A DNA stretch of 64,000 bases, taken from positions 1 to 64,000 of the IMG/VR virus record IMGVR_UViG_3300046777_001606. One strand, given 5' to 3'. The notes under the pieces are model-generated. The model did no database searches. It worked only from the letters and a program-made list of their open reading frames with translations, and was not told the DNA's origin. The stretch is from a virus. A program made the translations under genes and the position numbers. Of the stretch, positions 24,505 through 35,200 are shown piece by piece (within the stretch, counting starts at the first letter, position 1; every line of letters begins with the position of its first letter).

Positions 24505-24702
24505 ATGCGTGAAAGAAAAATATATAACATCTACTTAAAAGATCATTGCATCTATCACAATCTTTCACAAGAGGAATTTGATAAGGTATGGAGTAGTCTT
24601 GAACACATGGTAGACTTATTAGATACTAAAACACATAAAGAAGAATTAAGATATACGGAAGTATCTGAGGGAGAGGAAACCTCACTAAACCCTATACATT
24701 GA
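24505..24702 (+). CDS. hypothetical protein
   Basis: ORF track. Confidence 0.7.
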   Translation: MRERKIYNIYLKDHCIYHNLSQEEFDKVWSSLEHMVDLLDTKTHKEELRYTEVSEGEETSLNPIH

Positions 24703-24727
24703 CAATTACTAAATAGCACGATAGAAT
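24699..24727 (+). promoter_or_regulatory. dual promoter: sigma70 with embedded late box
   Basis: TTGACA-17-TAGAAT containing CTAAATA (24709-24715). Confidence 0.7.
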
Positions 24728-24750
24728 TGAACTGAAGGTTATTCAAACTT

Positions 24751-25521
24751 ATGGCAAAAGGATTTACTGTTAAGACTGTTGCTCCCAAATCTAAGCCACA
24801 GGAAGATTGGGACTATGCAGCAATTAAGCAAAGAATGCAAGGAAAATCAATTGTATTCTGTTTACCTGGGAGAGGATGTTCGTACATCTTTTTGAAAGCT
24901 TTTGTACAACTTTGTTTTGATCTTGTACAAAATGGTATGAGTATTCAGATCTCTCAAGATTATTCATCCATGGTAAACTTTGCACGTTGTAAGGTTCTTG
25001 GAGCGAATGTTCTGAGAGGACCTAAGCAAGTTCCCTGGGATGGAAAACTGGAATATGATTATCAGCTTTGGATTGATAATGATATTGTATTTGATACAAA
25101 TAAGTTCTGGCAACTCTGCGATTTAGCACTTCCAGAAGAAGGTGAAGAAAAAGAAATCACTGCTGGTTGGTATGCAACAGAAGATGGATTTACAACATCA
25201 GTTGCACATTGGCTCGAAGAAGATGATTTCCGTAAGAATGGTGGAGTGATGAATCACGAAACCGTAGAAACCATGAGTAAGCGTCGTAAGCCTTTTACGG
25301 TTGATTACACTGGTTTCGGTTGGGTTATGATTAAGAGAGGTGTATTCGAAAATCTTGAATACCCTTGGTTTGCTCCTAAGATGCAAGTCTTTGAATCTGG
25401 TGCAGTTCAAGATATGTGTGGCGAAGACGTTTCATTCTGTCTTGATGCTAAAGATGCTGGATTTGAAATCTGGTGCGATCCACGCATTCGTGTTGGACAT
25501 GAGAAGACTCGTGTAATCTGA
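24751..25521 (+). CDS. GT-A fold glycosyltransferase-like conserved cyanophage protein
   Basis: LWIDNDI (DxD), TGFGWVMIKRGVFE, GEDVSFC, VGHEK motifs. Confidence 0.75.
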   Translation: MAKGFTVKTVAPKSKPQEDWDYAAIKQRMQGKSIVFCLPGRGCSYIFLKAFVQLCFDLVQNGMSIQISQDYSSMVNFARCKVLGANVLRGPKQVPWDGKLEYDYQLWIDNDIVFDTNKFWQLCDLALPEEGEEKEITAGWYATEDGFTTSVAHWLEEDDFRKNGGVMNHETVETMSKRRKPFTVDYTGFGWVMIKRGVFENLEYPWFAPKMQVFESGAVQDMCGEDVSFCLDAKDAGFEIWCDPRIRVGHEKTRVI

Positions 25522-25682
25522 TGAAATTTAATATCTTACTTAAAGGATATAAAATTCATGAGAATCTCACACATGAAGAATGTTCTGATATTCTCATGAA
25601 TCTTTCAGAAAGGTATTATGATAAGTATGATTTTGAAGCAGAAGATCTTGAAGTTGAACCAATTTTGGAGGAAAGTGATTAA
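25521..25682 (+). CDS. hypothetical protein (53 aa)
   Basis: Hand translation MKFNILLKGYKIHENLTHEEC...; stop/start overlaps at both ends. Confidence 0.65.
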   Translation: MKFNILLKGYKIHENLTHEECSDILMNLSERYYDKYDFEAEDLEVEPILEESD

Positions 25683-25828
25683 TGGCTGGTAGTAGAAAAT
25701 CTCTGTCGAATAAAGTAATTATTGAATCAAAACCCAAAAAAACCCGACAGGGTGCTGGGAAGCACACAAAGTATGCTTCAACAAGCAGAAACGGTGCTAG
25801 GAAGCGTTATCGCGGTCAGGGGAATTGA
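25682..25828 (+). CDS. small basic conserved protein (48 aa)
   Basis: MAGSRK...KPKKTRQGAGKHTKYASTSRNGARKRYRGQGN*. Confidence 0.7.
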   Translation: MAGSRKSLSNKVIIESKPKKTRQGAGKHTKYASTSRNGARKRYRGQGN

Positions 25829-26043
25829 TTCAATTAAACCCACAAATCCCAGTTGTTACCCCCAAAGGTAATGGCTGGGCATTTTTTTGTATTGACCGTT
25901 CTCAAGAACATGACTTAGAATGGGTAGTCTTTCTTAATACAACTGGAGAGTGTTGGACATTTAAGAATTCTGATATTCGTATTCAGAAAAACTACACATT
26001 GCATAGATATAATATATCAGGCATTGGTACATGTACCATCTAG
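25825..26043 (+). CDS. hypothetical protein
   Basis: ORF track (TTG start). Confidence 0.7.
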   Translation: MIQLNPQIPVVTPKGNGWAFFCIDRSQEHDLEWVVFLNTTGECWTFKNSDIRIQKNYTLHRYNISGIGTCTI

Positions 26044-26705
26044 ACTCGCAGGAAGAATGGAACGCAATTCATCCAGACGATCTGTGGGTTTATAATAAAT
26101 TGTTTTTGAGCCAAAAATTAGGGTATCTTTGCGGTCCAGTTGGAGTTCCTGTGCCTCATCCAGATACTTATATTGTGCGTCCGATGTTCAATTTGTTGGG
26201 TATGGGGCGCTTTGCTCGATTAGAATGGATAGACAAGACAACAGATCACTTTCATCCCTCAGAGTTTTGGTGTGAGGTCTTTGAAGGTGATCATATAAGT
26301 GTAGATTTCTATCAAAAATCACCAATTTTGACTGTTTTAGGTATGAGAGAACCGGAAAATCCTCTATATAAATGGTCAAGATGGGAAAAAATTGAAAAGA
26401 ACATTGAATTTCCCAAAATATTAACCAATCTATCTGGTAATTATGACTATATTAATTGTGAATTTATTGGAAATCGTCTAATTGAAGTGCATTTTAGACA
26501 AAATCCAGACTTTAGATACGATAATGATGTTGCTATACCAGTGTGGGATGATGATAAAAAGCAAAACTATGAAAATTTAAAGTTTATAGAGGACAAAGAC
26601 TACTTAAGAAAAGGATTTTTTATTGAAAAACGGGATAGCAACCCCGTTAAAAGTTCTGATTTAACCAAATCAGGAGAGCAAAATGGGAAAACCCTCAGAT
26701 CGTAA
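26031..26705 (+). CDS. ATP-grasp-like hypothetical protein
   Basis: YIVRP..NLLGMG, WCEVFEG.HISVD, NCEFIG..LIEVHFR resemble ATP-grasp motifs. Confidence 0.45.
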   Translation: MYHLDSQEEWNAIHPDDLWVYNKLFLSQKLGYLCGPVGVPVPHPDTYIVRPMFNLLGMGRFARLEWIDKTTDHFHPSEFWCEVFEGDHISVDFYQKSPILTVLGMREPENPLYKWSRWEKIEKNIEFPKILTNLSGNYDYINCEFIGNRLIEVHFRQNPDFRYDNDVAIPVWDDDKKQNYENLKFIEDKDYLRKGFFIEKRDSNPVKSSDLTKSGEQNGKTLRS

Positions 26706-26928
26706 CTCAGATTACATGTATCAAATGTGGGGAACAGACAAATTAGTCACAGATTATGATTTAAATAAAAAATCTAAGATGCTTCGTGAGATTAATCATG
26801 ATGATATGACTCCCAAAAAGCATGATTTTATTCATCAGAATGAAATTCATGAAAAAATTCGAAATGATGAAGATTATGATGATTGGGAATATGGAACTGA
26901 GCCCATTCCTTCATCTAAATGGCTATAA
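26683..26928 (+). CDS. hypothetical cyanophage protein
   Basis: AGGAG RBS. Confidence 0.7.
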   Translation: MGKPSDRNSDYMYQMWGTDKLVTDYDLNKKSKMLREINHDDMTPKKHDFIHQNEIHEKIRNDEDYDDWEYGTEPIPSSKWL

Positions 26929-26931
26929 ATA
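26924..26931 (+). promoter_or_regulatory. T4-type late promoter
   Basis: TATAAATA upstream of gp25. Confidence 0.8.
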
Positions 26932-26961
26932 AGATAGATTTATAATAACTTTCAACATATT

Positions 26962-27363
26962 ATGCCTCTAGAAAGGGTAAGTAAGGCATTTAAAGATATT
27001 GGGTCATCATTACAGATTAATCCAATCAATCGTGATGTGATTACGATTCAAAATGAAACTGCGATTGCCCGTTCTATACGCAATTTAGTATTTACGGAAC
27101 CAGGAGAAAGATTTTTTAATCCCAATCTTGGTTCCAGAGTAACAAAAATCATTTTTGAAAATTTTGATGAAATTTCTGCTCAACTCATAAAGACAGAAAT
27201 TGAAGAAACAATTAATAATTATGAACCAAGAGTTGATCTCATCGACGTAAGTGTAAATCCAAATTATGATAATAATGAATTTAATATAACGATAAGATAT
27301 AAAATTGTTGGAATTGATGTTTCTCCGCAACAGTTAGCATTTGCACTCCAGCCCACACGATAA
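26962..27363 (+). CDS. gp25: baseplate wedge subunit gp25
   Basis: SIRNLVFT.PGERFFNP.LGS...YEPRV motifs; position before gp6. Confidence 0.9.
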   Translation: MPLERVSKAFKDIGSSLQINPINRDVITIQNETAIARSIRNLVFTEPGERFFNPNLGSRVTKIIFENFDEISAQLIKTEIEETINNYEPRVDLIDVSVNPNYDNNEFNITIRYKIVGIDVSPQQLAFALQPTR

Positions 27364-29277
27364 ATGTCTTTAGTTAATTTTGCTAATTTAGACTTCGATC
27401 AAATCAAGAACTCTATTAAGGATTACCTTAGAGCGAATTCAAATTTTACTGACTATGATTTTGAAGGTTCTAATCTGTCAGTTTTAATCGATGTTTTAGC
27501 ATATAATACATACATTACTTCATACAATGCTAACATGGTTAGCAATGAAGTGTTTATTGATGCAGCAACTCTCAGAGAAAATGTAGTTTCTCTTGCCAGA
27601 AACATAGGTTATATTCCAAGATCAAAAAAATGTGCTACTGCTAATATTTCATTTTTTGTTGACGTATCTGCTTTAAATAATAATCCGATTTCTTTGACTC
27701 TAAAAAAAGGAGTAGTATGCACTACTGCTACAACATTTGGTACTCAGAACTATTCATTTGCAATTGTAAATGATGTTACTGCACCTATTGTAAATCAAAT
27801 CGCAAATTTTACAGTAGATGTATGTGAAGGAACTTATATTACAACAACATTTACAGTAGATTCAAATGATCCAAATCAAAGGTTTATTTTACCCAATACT
27901 GGAATTGATACTGCTACCATTCGAGTTCTTGTGCGAGATACTGAGACAAATACAACCGCAAGAACATTTAATTTAGCTGATAGTTTATTTAAGGTTAACT
28001 CAACTTCAAACATATTTTTCTTACAAGAAATTGAAGATGAAAGATATGAAATTATTTTTGGTGATGGTATTTTTGGCGAAAAACTTCAAAATTTAAATTA
28101 TATTGAAGTTTCCTATATTGTAACAAATGGAAAAGATGCAAACGGAATTGATTCTTTTACCTTTAATGGTAGATTACTTGATAACAATGGTAATGCTGTT
28201 ACTTCAGAAATATCTCTCGTAACCACAAATTCTCCAGCAGGAGAAGGTAAAGATATTGAATCAGTATCCTCTATTAAAAAATTTGCTCCAAGAATTTATG
28301 CATCTCAAAATAGAGCAGTTACATCTGCAGACTATGAAGCAATTGTACCGCTAGTTTATCCAGAAGCAGAATCAGTTGCCGTTTTTGGTGGAGAAACTTT
28401 AGATCCACCAAAGTATGGTAGAGTTTTTATATCAATCAAACCCTTTAATGGTGATTTTGTTCCTGAAACAATTAAAGATAATGTAAAAGATTTATTGAGA
28501 AAGTATAATGTAGCGGGAACAGTTGTTGAAATAGTTGACTTAAAATATCTGTATGTAGAATACCAAGCGAATGCATACTTTAATGTAAACAAAGCTCCAA
28601 GTGCAGATTACGTCAAAGCAATTATAGATGAAAATATTGCAAGTTATGCAGATTCTGTGGAGTTAAATAAGTATGGTGCAAGATTTAAATATAGTCGATT
28701 TTTAAATATAATCGATACCAGTCACGATTCAGTAACATCAAACATTACTCGAATACAAATCAGAAGAGATTTGAGACCCGTTTTAAATCAATTTGCCCAA
28801 TACGAAATTTGTTATGGAAATGAATTTTATGTGAAAAATCCAAATGGATACAACATTAAAACATCTGGATTTTTATCGAGTGGAATTACTGATACTGTCT
28901 ATATTTCCGATTTACCAAATTCTGATCTTAAAACAGGATCTCTGTTTTTATTTAAACTTGGGGGAACTGGAAATAATATAGAACCAACTATTGTGAAGAA
29001 AAATATTGGAACAATTGATTATGTTAAGGGTGAACTGAGATTATTACCAATTAATATTATTTCAACATCAAAGACAAAAAATCAACCAATTATTGAAATA
29101 TCTGCTATACCAAAATCTAATGATGTTATCGGATTGCAAGATCTTTATCTTCAACTAGATACTACAGAAAGTTCATTAAATATGGTATCTGACCAAGTAA
29201 GTTCTGGATCTGACCCATCCGGTTCAACATACATTTTTTCATCAAGCTACATTAACGGAGACCTAGTAAGACTGTAA
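27364..29277 (+). CDS. gp6: baseplate wedge subunit gp6
   Basis: LDFDQIK...FTDYDFEGSNLS.LIDVLAYNT; QNRAVT..DY. Confidence 0.95.
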   Translation: MSLVNFANLDFDQIKNSIKDYLRANSNFTDYDFEGSNLSVLIDVLAYNTYITSYNANMVSNEVFIDAATLRENVVSLARNIGYIPRSKKCATANISFFVDVSALNNNPISLTLKKGVVCTTATTFGTQNYSFAIVNDVTAPIVNQIANFTVDVCEGTYITTTFTVDSNDPNQRFILPNTGIDTATIRVLVRDTETNTTARTFNLADSLFKVNSTSNIFFLQEIEDERYEIIFGDGIFGEKLQNLNYIEVSYIVTNGKDANGIDSFTFNGRLLDNNGNAVTSEISLVTTNSPAGEGKDIESVSSIKKFAPRIYASQNRAVTSADYEAIVPLVYPEAESVAVFGGETLDPPKYGRVFISIKPFNGDFVPETIKDNVKDLLRKYNVAGTVVEIVDLKYLYVEYQANAYFNVNKAPSADYVKAIIDENIASYADSVELNKYGARFKYSRFLNIIDTSHDSVTSNITRIQIRRDLRPVLNQFAQYEICYGNEFYVKNPNGYNIKTSGFLSSGITDTVYISDLPNSDLKTGSLFLFKLGGTGNNIEPTIVKKNIGTIDYVKGELRLLPINIISTSKTKNQPIIEISAIPKSNDVIGLQDLYLQLDTTESSLNMVSDQVSSGSDPSGSTYIFSSSYINGDLVRL

Positions 29278-29281
29278 TAAC

Positions 29282-32200
29282 ATGAGAGATACAAGAGTAA
29301 AAATTAGTTCTATCGTAGAAAATCAACTTCCCGCATATGTTAGGGAAGAGTTCCCACTAGTTAATGATCTATTATCTCAATATTACATATCTTTAGAGTC
29401 TCAAACCTTACCTGCAGATATCTTACAAAATATTGATCAATACGTTAAACTTGATAATATATCATCATTGGTTGAATCGACTAATTTAATCGACACTGTA
29501 GAATTATATGATGATACAATAACTGTTAATTCTAATGCCGGATTTCCAGAGGAATATGGATTAATAAAAATTGATAATGAAATCATCACTTATACTGGAA
29601 AAGAACAAAATAGTCTTACCGATACTTGCACAATTTCAATAGGATCATCTATAGCATATTTGTCGGGTATCAGCACATTATATACGGGACGACCTTTTGT
29701 TCTTAATTCTTTAAGTGCTTCTCCAACAATTACTTCTGTTGGGTCAACTTTTGTCATCTTATCAAGTATTGTAGTAGATTCTGAAAATACTTCCGGATAC
29801 ACCACGACAAATAATTATACATTCAAAATTGATAGACCACAATTTACAGGATGTGTAAGAGGATTTAGTGGAATAACCTCATATATTAGTAATAGTGCTA
29901 TATCTGATCTAGTTTTTACATCAACTAATGCAGATTCTCATGTCAATGGATCTCAAGTTGATAATTTAAGTATTCTTCTTTTTAAACAATTTCTAAAAAA
30001 AGTCAAAGCTCAAGCTTCACCGGGATTTGAAAATAGAGATTTTGATGCAGACTTAAATGAAAATATTTTTATAAAGCAATCAAAAGACTTTTATTCATCT
30101 AAAGGAACTGATCCTTCTTTTAAAATACTATTTAATGTATTGTATGGAGAAGATGCAAAAATTATAAAACCCAGAGACTATGTAATTGAACCATCAAATG
30201 CACAGTATAGAATAACAAGAGATATAGTTGTTGAACCAATAGAAGGATCTATTGATAATATTGTTAACAGAACAATCTTTCAGGACTCGTCCACTATTTC
30301 AGAGCAAGCAAGAGCAAGTGTTAATGGTGTAGAGAAGTTTTTAAGAAACGGAAAAGAATATTATATTGTAAGTTTAGATAAAGATTCTATATTTGGTTCT
30401 TTTGTTATTAATCCTAAAACAAAAGTAGTAACTAATGTATCTATTGGTGCAACTCATATTGATGTTGATACAACTGCTGGATTTCCAGAGACAGGCGGAA
30501 GTTTACTTATAGAACTTACTGATGGAACAACTTTTTATATTACATATGAATCTAAAACATTAACCCAGTTTTTTGGATGTTCTGGCATTGATCGAGTTAT
30601 TCCAGACACTTCAAATATAATTTTTGAAAATTTTGCTTATTCCTATTCTGATATCGAAAGACAAAACAAAATTCAATTTAGAATAACTGGAGTTTTATCA
30701 GATCTAATAGTTCCGCAGGAAACAGATTCATTTGTTAAAGATGATGTTGTTTTTGCAAAGACTTTGGGAACAGAAATTGAAGGATTAAAAGCAAATAATT
30801 GGTTTTTTAATCTATCAACTACGTATAATGTTCAATCTGTTTCTCTTGTCGGTTTAAGTCCATTTATATACAATCTTACTTTATATGACAACCATATTTT
30901 TAGATTGGGTGATGCTATTGAGGTCTACGGATCAGATGGAACAGAAATATCTGGAGAAGTAAGTTCACTTATAAGCGAAAGAGCAATTAGTGTACTCGTT
31001 CAGGGACAATTAAGCACTTCATCAACTATAAGATATAGGATCAAGAGAAGTCTATCAAGAGTAAATGCTGTTGGATATCCCGAGTTAACTGCATACACTG
31101 CAAACGTTCAAAATGTATATTCTGATTTAAAAGGAAATTACTTTGTTGCATCACCTTCACTTCCGTCTTATGGAAGCCAAACTATAACAATTAGAGATTT
31201 AGTTAAAACTTGGTCATCTGATTTTTATGGAACTTCTGTAGAAATTGGTCAACACGGTTTTTATACTGGAGATGCTGTTTATTATACTCCAGGAATTGGT
31301 GCAGATACTGAAGCAGGAATATATTTCATTCAAAAAAATAGCCCAACATCAATTAGTTTAGCAAAAAGTAGACAAAATCTTTTTAGTGGCAAATTAGTTA
31401 CTTTATTTGGAGTTGCTTCTGCAGAAAATAAAATTGAATTACTTGAGTTTGCGGGGCAAAAATTAGAACCTCAAAAACTAATTAGAAAATTTTCTGATCC
31501 AGAGTATGTTACGGGAGATGATTATAAAACTGCGGCAGGAATGATCGGAATGCTTGTGAATGGTGTAGAAATTTTAAATTATAAGTCCAGAGATGTAATA
31601 TACTTTGGTCCCCTAGAAAAAATATATCCATTATCTCCAGGAAGAGGATATGATGTTATTAATCCACCAAATCTAAGAATCAATGATGTAACTGGATATG
31701 GAGCTACAGCGTTCCCCGCAGTAACAGGAAGTCTTGAGAGGATAGATATTTTAGATTCTGGATTCGATTATACTGATATTCCAAAAATTTCAATAACTGG
31801 TGGAAATGGAAATTCTGCAATTGCAGAATGTAATATGATTTCTTTTGAACATGATGTACCATTTTACCCAACATCTGGTGCAGCACCTTTACAAGTAGAT
31901 CTTTCTAATAATACAGTTGCGTTCACGACATATCATAAATTTAGATCTGGAGAAGAAATAATCTATTTGACTGGTGGAGATGTTGCAGTTGGTGGTTTGT
32001 CTACTAATGCCTCGTACTATGTTTCATTAGTTAATGCATATGCAGTAAAATTTCATAAGAGTTTTGAAGATGCTAACGCAGGAATTAATACAATTTCATT
32101 AACTTCTTATGGAACTGGATCTCATAGAGTTAAATCCAAATTCAAAAAGAAAAAAATTGGAAGTATAAGTGTTAAAGATTCTGGATTTGGATATGAAAAT

Positions 32201-35200
32201 AAAAAGATTATCGTAAATTCCTCAGGTATTAGTACTTTTAAAAATACATTATATGCGGAAAATCATGGATATTCGACTGGAGAATTAGTCAGATATTTTT
32301 CAACAGATTCTACAGTAATTGGTGGATTATCAACATCAACTTCATATTATGTGACTGTAGTTGATGATAATAATTTTAAATTATCTCAGGTTGGTTCTGG
32401 ACAAACCACAATTGATTTTTACCAAAAAACAAATCAATTTATAGATCTAACAGACACTGGAACGGGAAATCATATATTTAATTATCCACCTATAGAAGTT
32501 TCAATTAAAGGAACTATTGGAGTAACAACTTTCTCTGGACAAAACTTTGAGGCAGTAATTAATCCAGTCTTTAGGGGAGAAATAAAATCTGTATTTGTTC
32601 AGAATAAAGGTATTTCGTATGGATCCCAAAGTATTATCAATGATAACCGACAACCAGAATTTATTTTAGATTCTGGTTCGGGAGCTGAAGTTCTACCTGT
32701 TATATTAAACGGAGCAATAATCAATGTTATTATTAGATCACCAGGGTCAAATTATAATTCTCCACCAAACTTAGTTGTAACTGGTAAAGGAACTGGTGCG
32801 ATTTTAAGCCCAATACTCATTGATGGTAAATTAAAAGGAGTTTATGTTGTATATGGTGGATATGGATACGAAAATGGGTCAACTTTTATCAATGTTACTC
32901 CATCAGGAACAGGATGTGAACTGGAAGCACAAATAAAAACATGGACTATTAATAAAGTACAAAGAAATATTACAACCAATCAAATTAGTGATGATGATGG
33001 ATTTATTGATAATGGAACCAATACTGACTATGGTCTCCAATATAGTCATGCATATGCACCAAGAACTTTAAGAAGACGTATTCTTTCTTCCAAAATCCAA
33101 AATGGTCAGTATGTTTTTTCACCAGATTTACAATTATCATCTGGTATTGAAATAGCATCATCTTCACACTCGCCAATTATTGGATACGCTTATGATGGAA
33201 ATCCAATATATGGTCCATATGGATATGATACTCCAGAGGGTGGAACAATTAGATCAATGATATCTAGTTATGAGCAATCTCTAAGTATTGAAAGACCAGA
33301 TACCAATTTATATCCTGCGGGGTTCTTTATTGAAGATTTTGTTTATACTGGTTCGGGTGATTTAGATGAACATAATGGAAGATATTGCGTAACTCCAGAA
33401 TATCCAAATGGTGTTTATGCTTATTTTGCAACTATATTTAATGGATCGCCAGATGGTTCTGGAATATTTGTAAGATACAAGAGACCTGTATTCCCATATT
33501 TTATTGGAGATTCTTATAAGTCAAAGCCAATTGATTTTAACTTTGATTATAGATCAAACCAAGATTTAACAGATATTAATGCTACAGGATGGGTACGAAA
33601 TACAACACCATATGGACTTTTAAAGTCAAAAACATCTTATGAATATGTAATTAACCCAACTAAAATAAAACAGCAGAAGACATACATCCAAGGTACTTCA
33701 AGAGGATCTGTAGATAGTATCGGTATTCTTACTGCTGGAAATTTATATCAGGTTAATGATAAAATTGTATTTGATCCCACCGTTCAGTCCAATATCAAAG
33801 CATCCGCAAAGGTATCTAAAGTTAAAGGTTCTTTTGTAACAACAGTTAGTTTAGCATCGTCGGTAACTAACGCGGAATTTATTTTATATAACTCAGGAAC
33901 AAATCTCATTGGTTTTACATCTTCACCTCATGGATTTTCTAACAATGATATTGTTAATGTTGTTATAAACGACAAAGAACAAAAAACTGGAAATATTAAA
34001 ACATCAACAAATAATCTGTACTTAACTGCAGGAGTTCCTATTCCTAGTGTAACAGGAGCAGTAACTTATTTCAAAGTAACTGGTAATTTAAATTATCCAA
34101 ACATAAAAGAAAATGATATTTACATTATCAATAATAAAGAACAAGTAAAAGTTTTAGAAATAGATGCAAAATCTTCTAGAATTAAAGTTCTGAGAAATAT
34201 TACTTCAGCTGGTGGTATAACATCATATTCATCTTCTCAAAGATTGATTGAAAAAACAAGAAGACTTCAAATTGATTTGGGAATTTCAACTACTTATCAG
34301 TATAATTTAAATAAAGAAATTTATTTTAACCCCAGAGAAGCACTGGGAATCGGAACAACATCCGGAGTAGGGATTACAACTACATTGCAATTTAGTGACC
34401 CTGGTGTTGGAATTGCTAGTATTACAATACCAACAAGAGCAATCTATCTTCCAAATCATGGATTGGAGACAAATACTGAACTAATTTATTCCGCTAATAG
34501 TGGAACTCCAATTTCAATATCTACAAATGGATCTGTTTCCTATCAAATTCCAGATAACTCAATAGTTTACTGTGCAAAATTTTCCAACGATTTGATCGGA
34601 ATTTCTACAACAAAATTGGGTATTGGTAGTACGGGGTCTTTTGTTGGGTTAGGATCAGAAGTTTCATATTTGATGTATTTTATTGCTACAGGTGTTGGAA
34701 ACACTCATAGCTTTAAAACTAATTATCCTAATGTATTAAAAGGAAAAATTACAAGAAATGTTGTTACAGTATCAACAGCATCTTCGCACGGATTGAGTAT
34801 AGACGATAAAATTGATTTAACTTGTATTGCAGGAATAACCACAAACGTTAAGATTGTATATAATGATTTTAATAGAAGACTTTTAGTAAATCCAAGAAAT
34901 TTTGTTGCATCTGATATTGACGTACAAAACGATATTATCACAATTCCAAACCATCAATATACGATGGGACAAAAAATTATTCACACATCAACTTCGCCAG
35001 CTAGTGGACTGTCAAATAATAAAATTTATTATGCAATTGTAGTTGATAAAGATAGAATAAAGTTGGCAGATACTTATTATGACTCTACAAATAAAATTCC
35101 AGCAACTGTAGGAATTGCTTCAACTTCTTTTGGAACAATTGCTGCTGTTAACCCACCAATAAAAATTGCAAGAAATCAAAATATTGTATTTGATGTTTCA

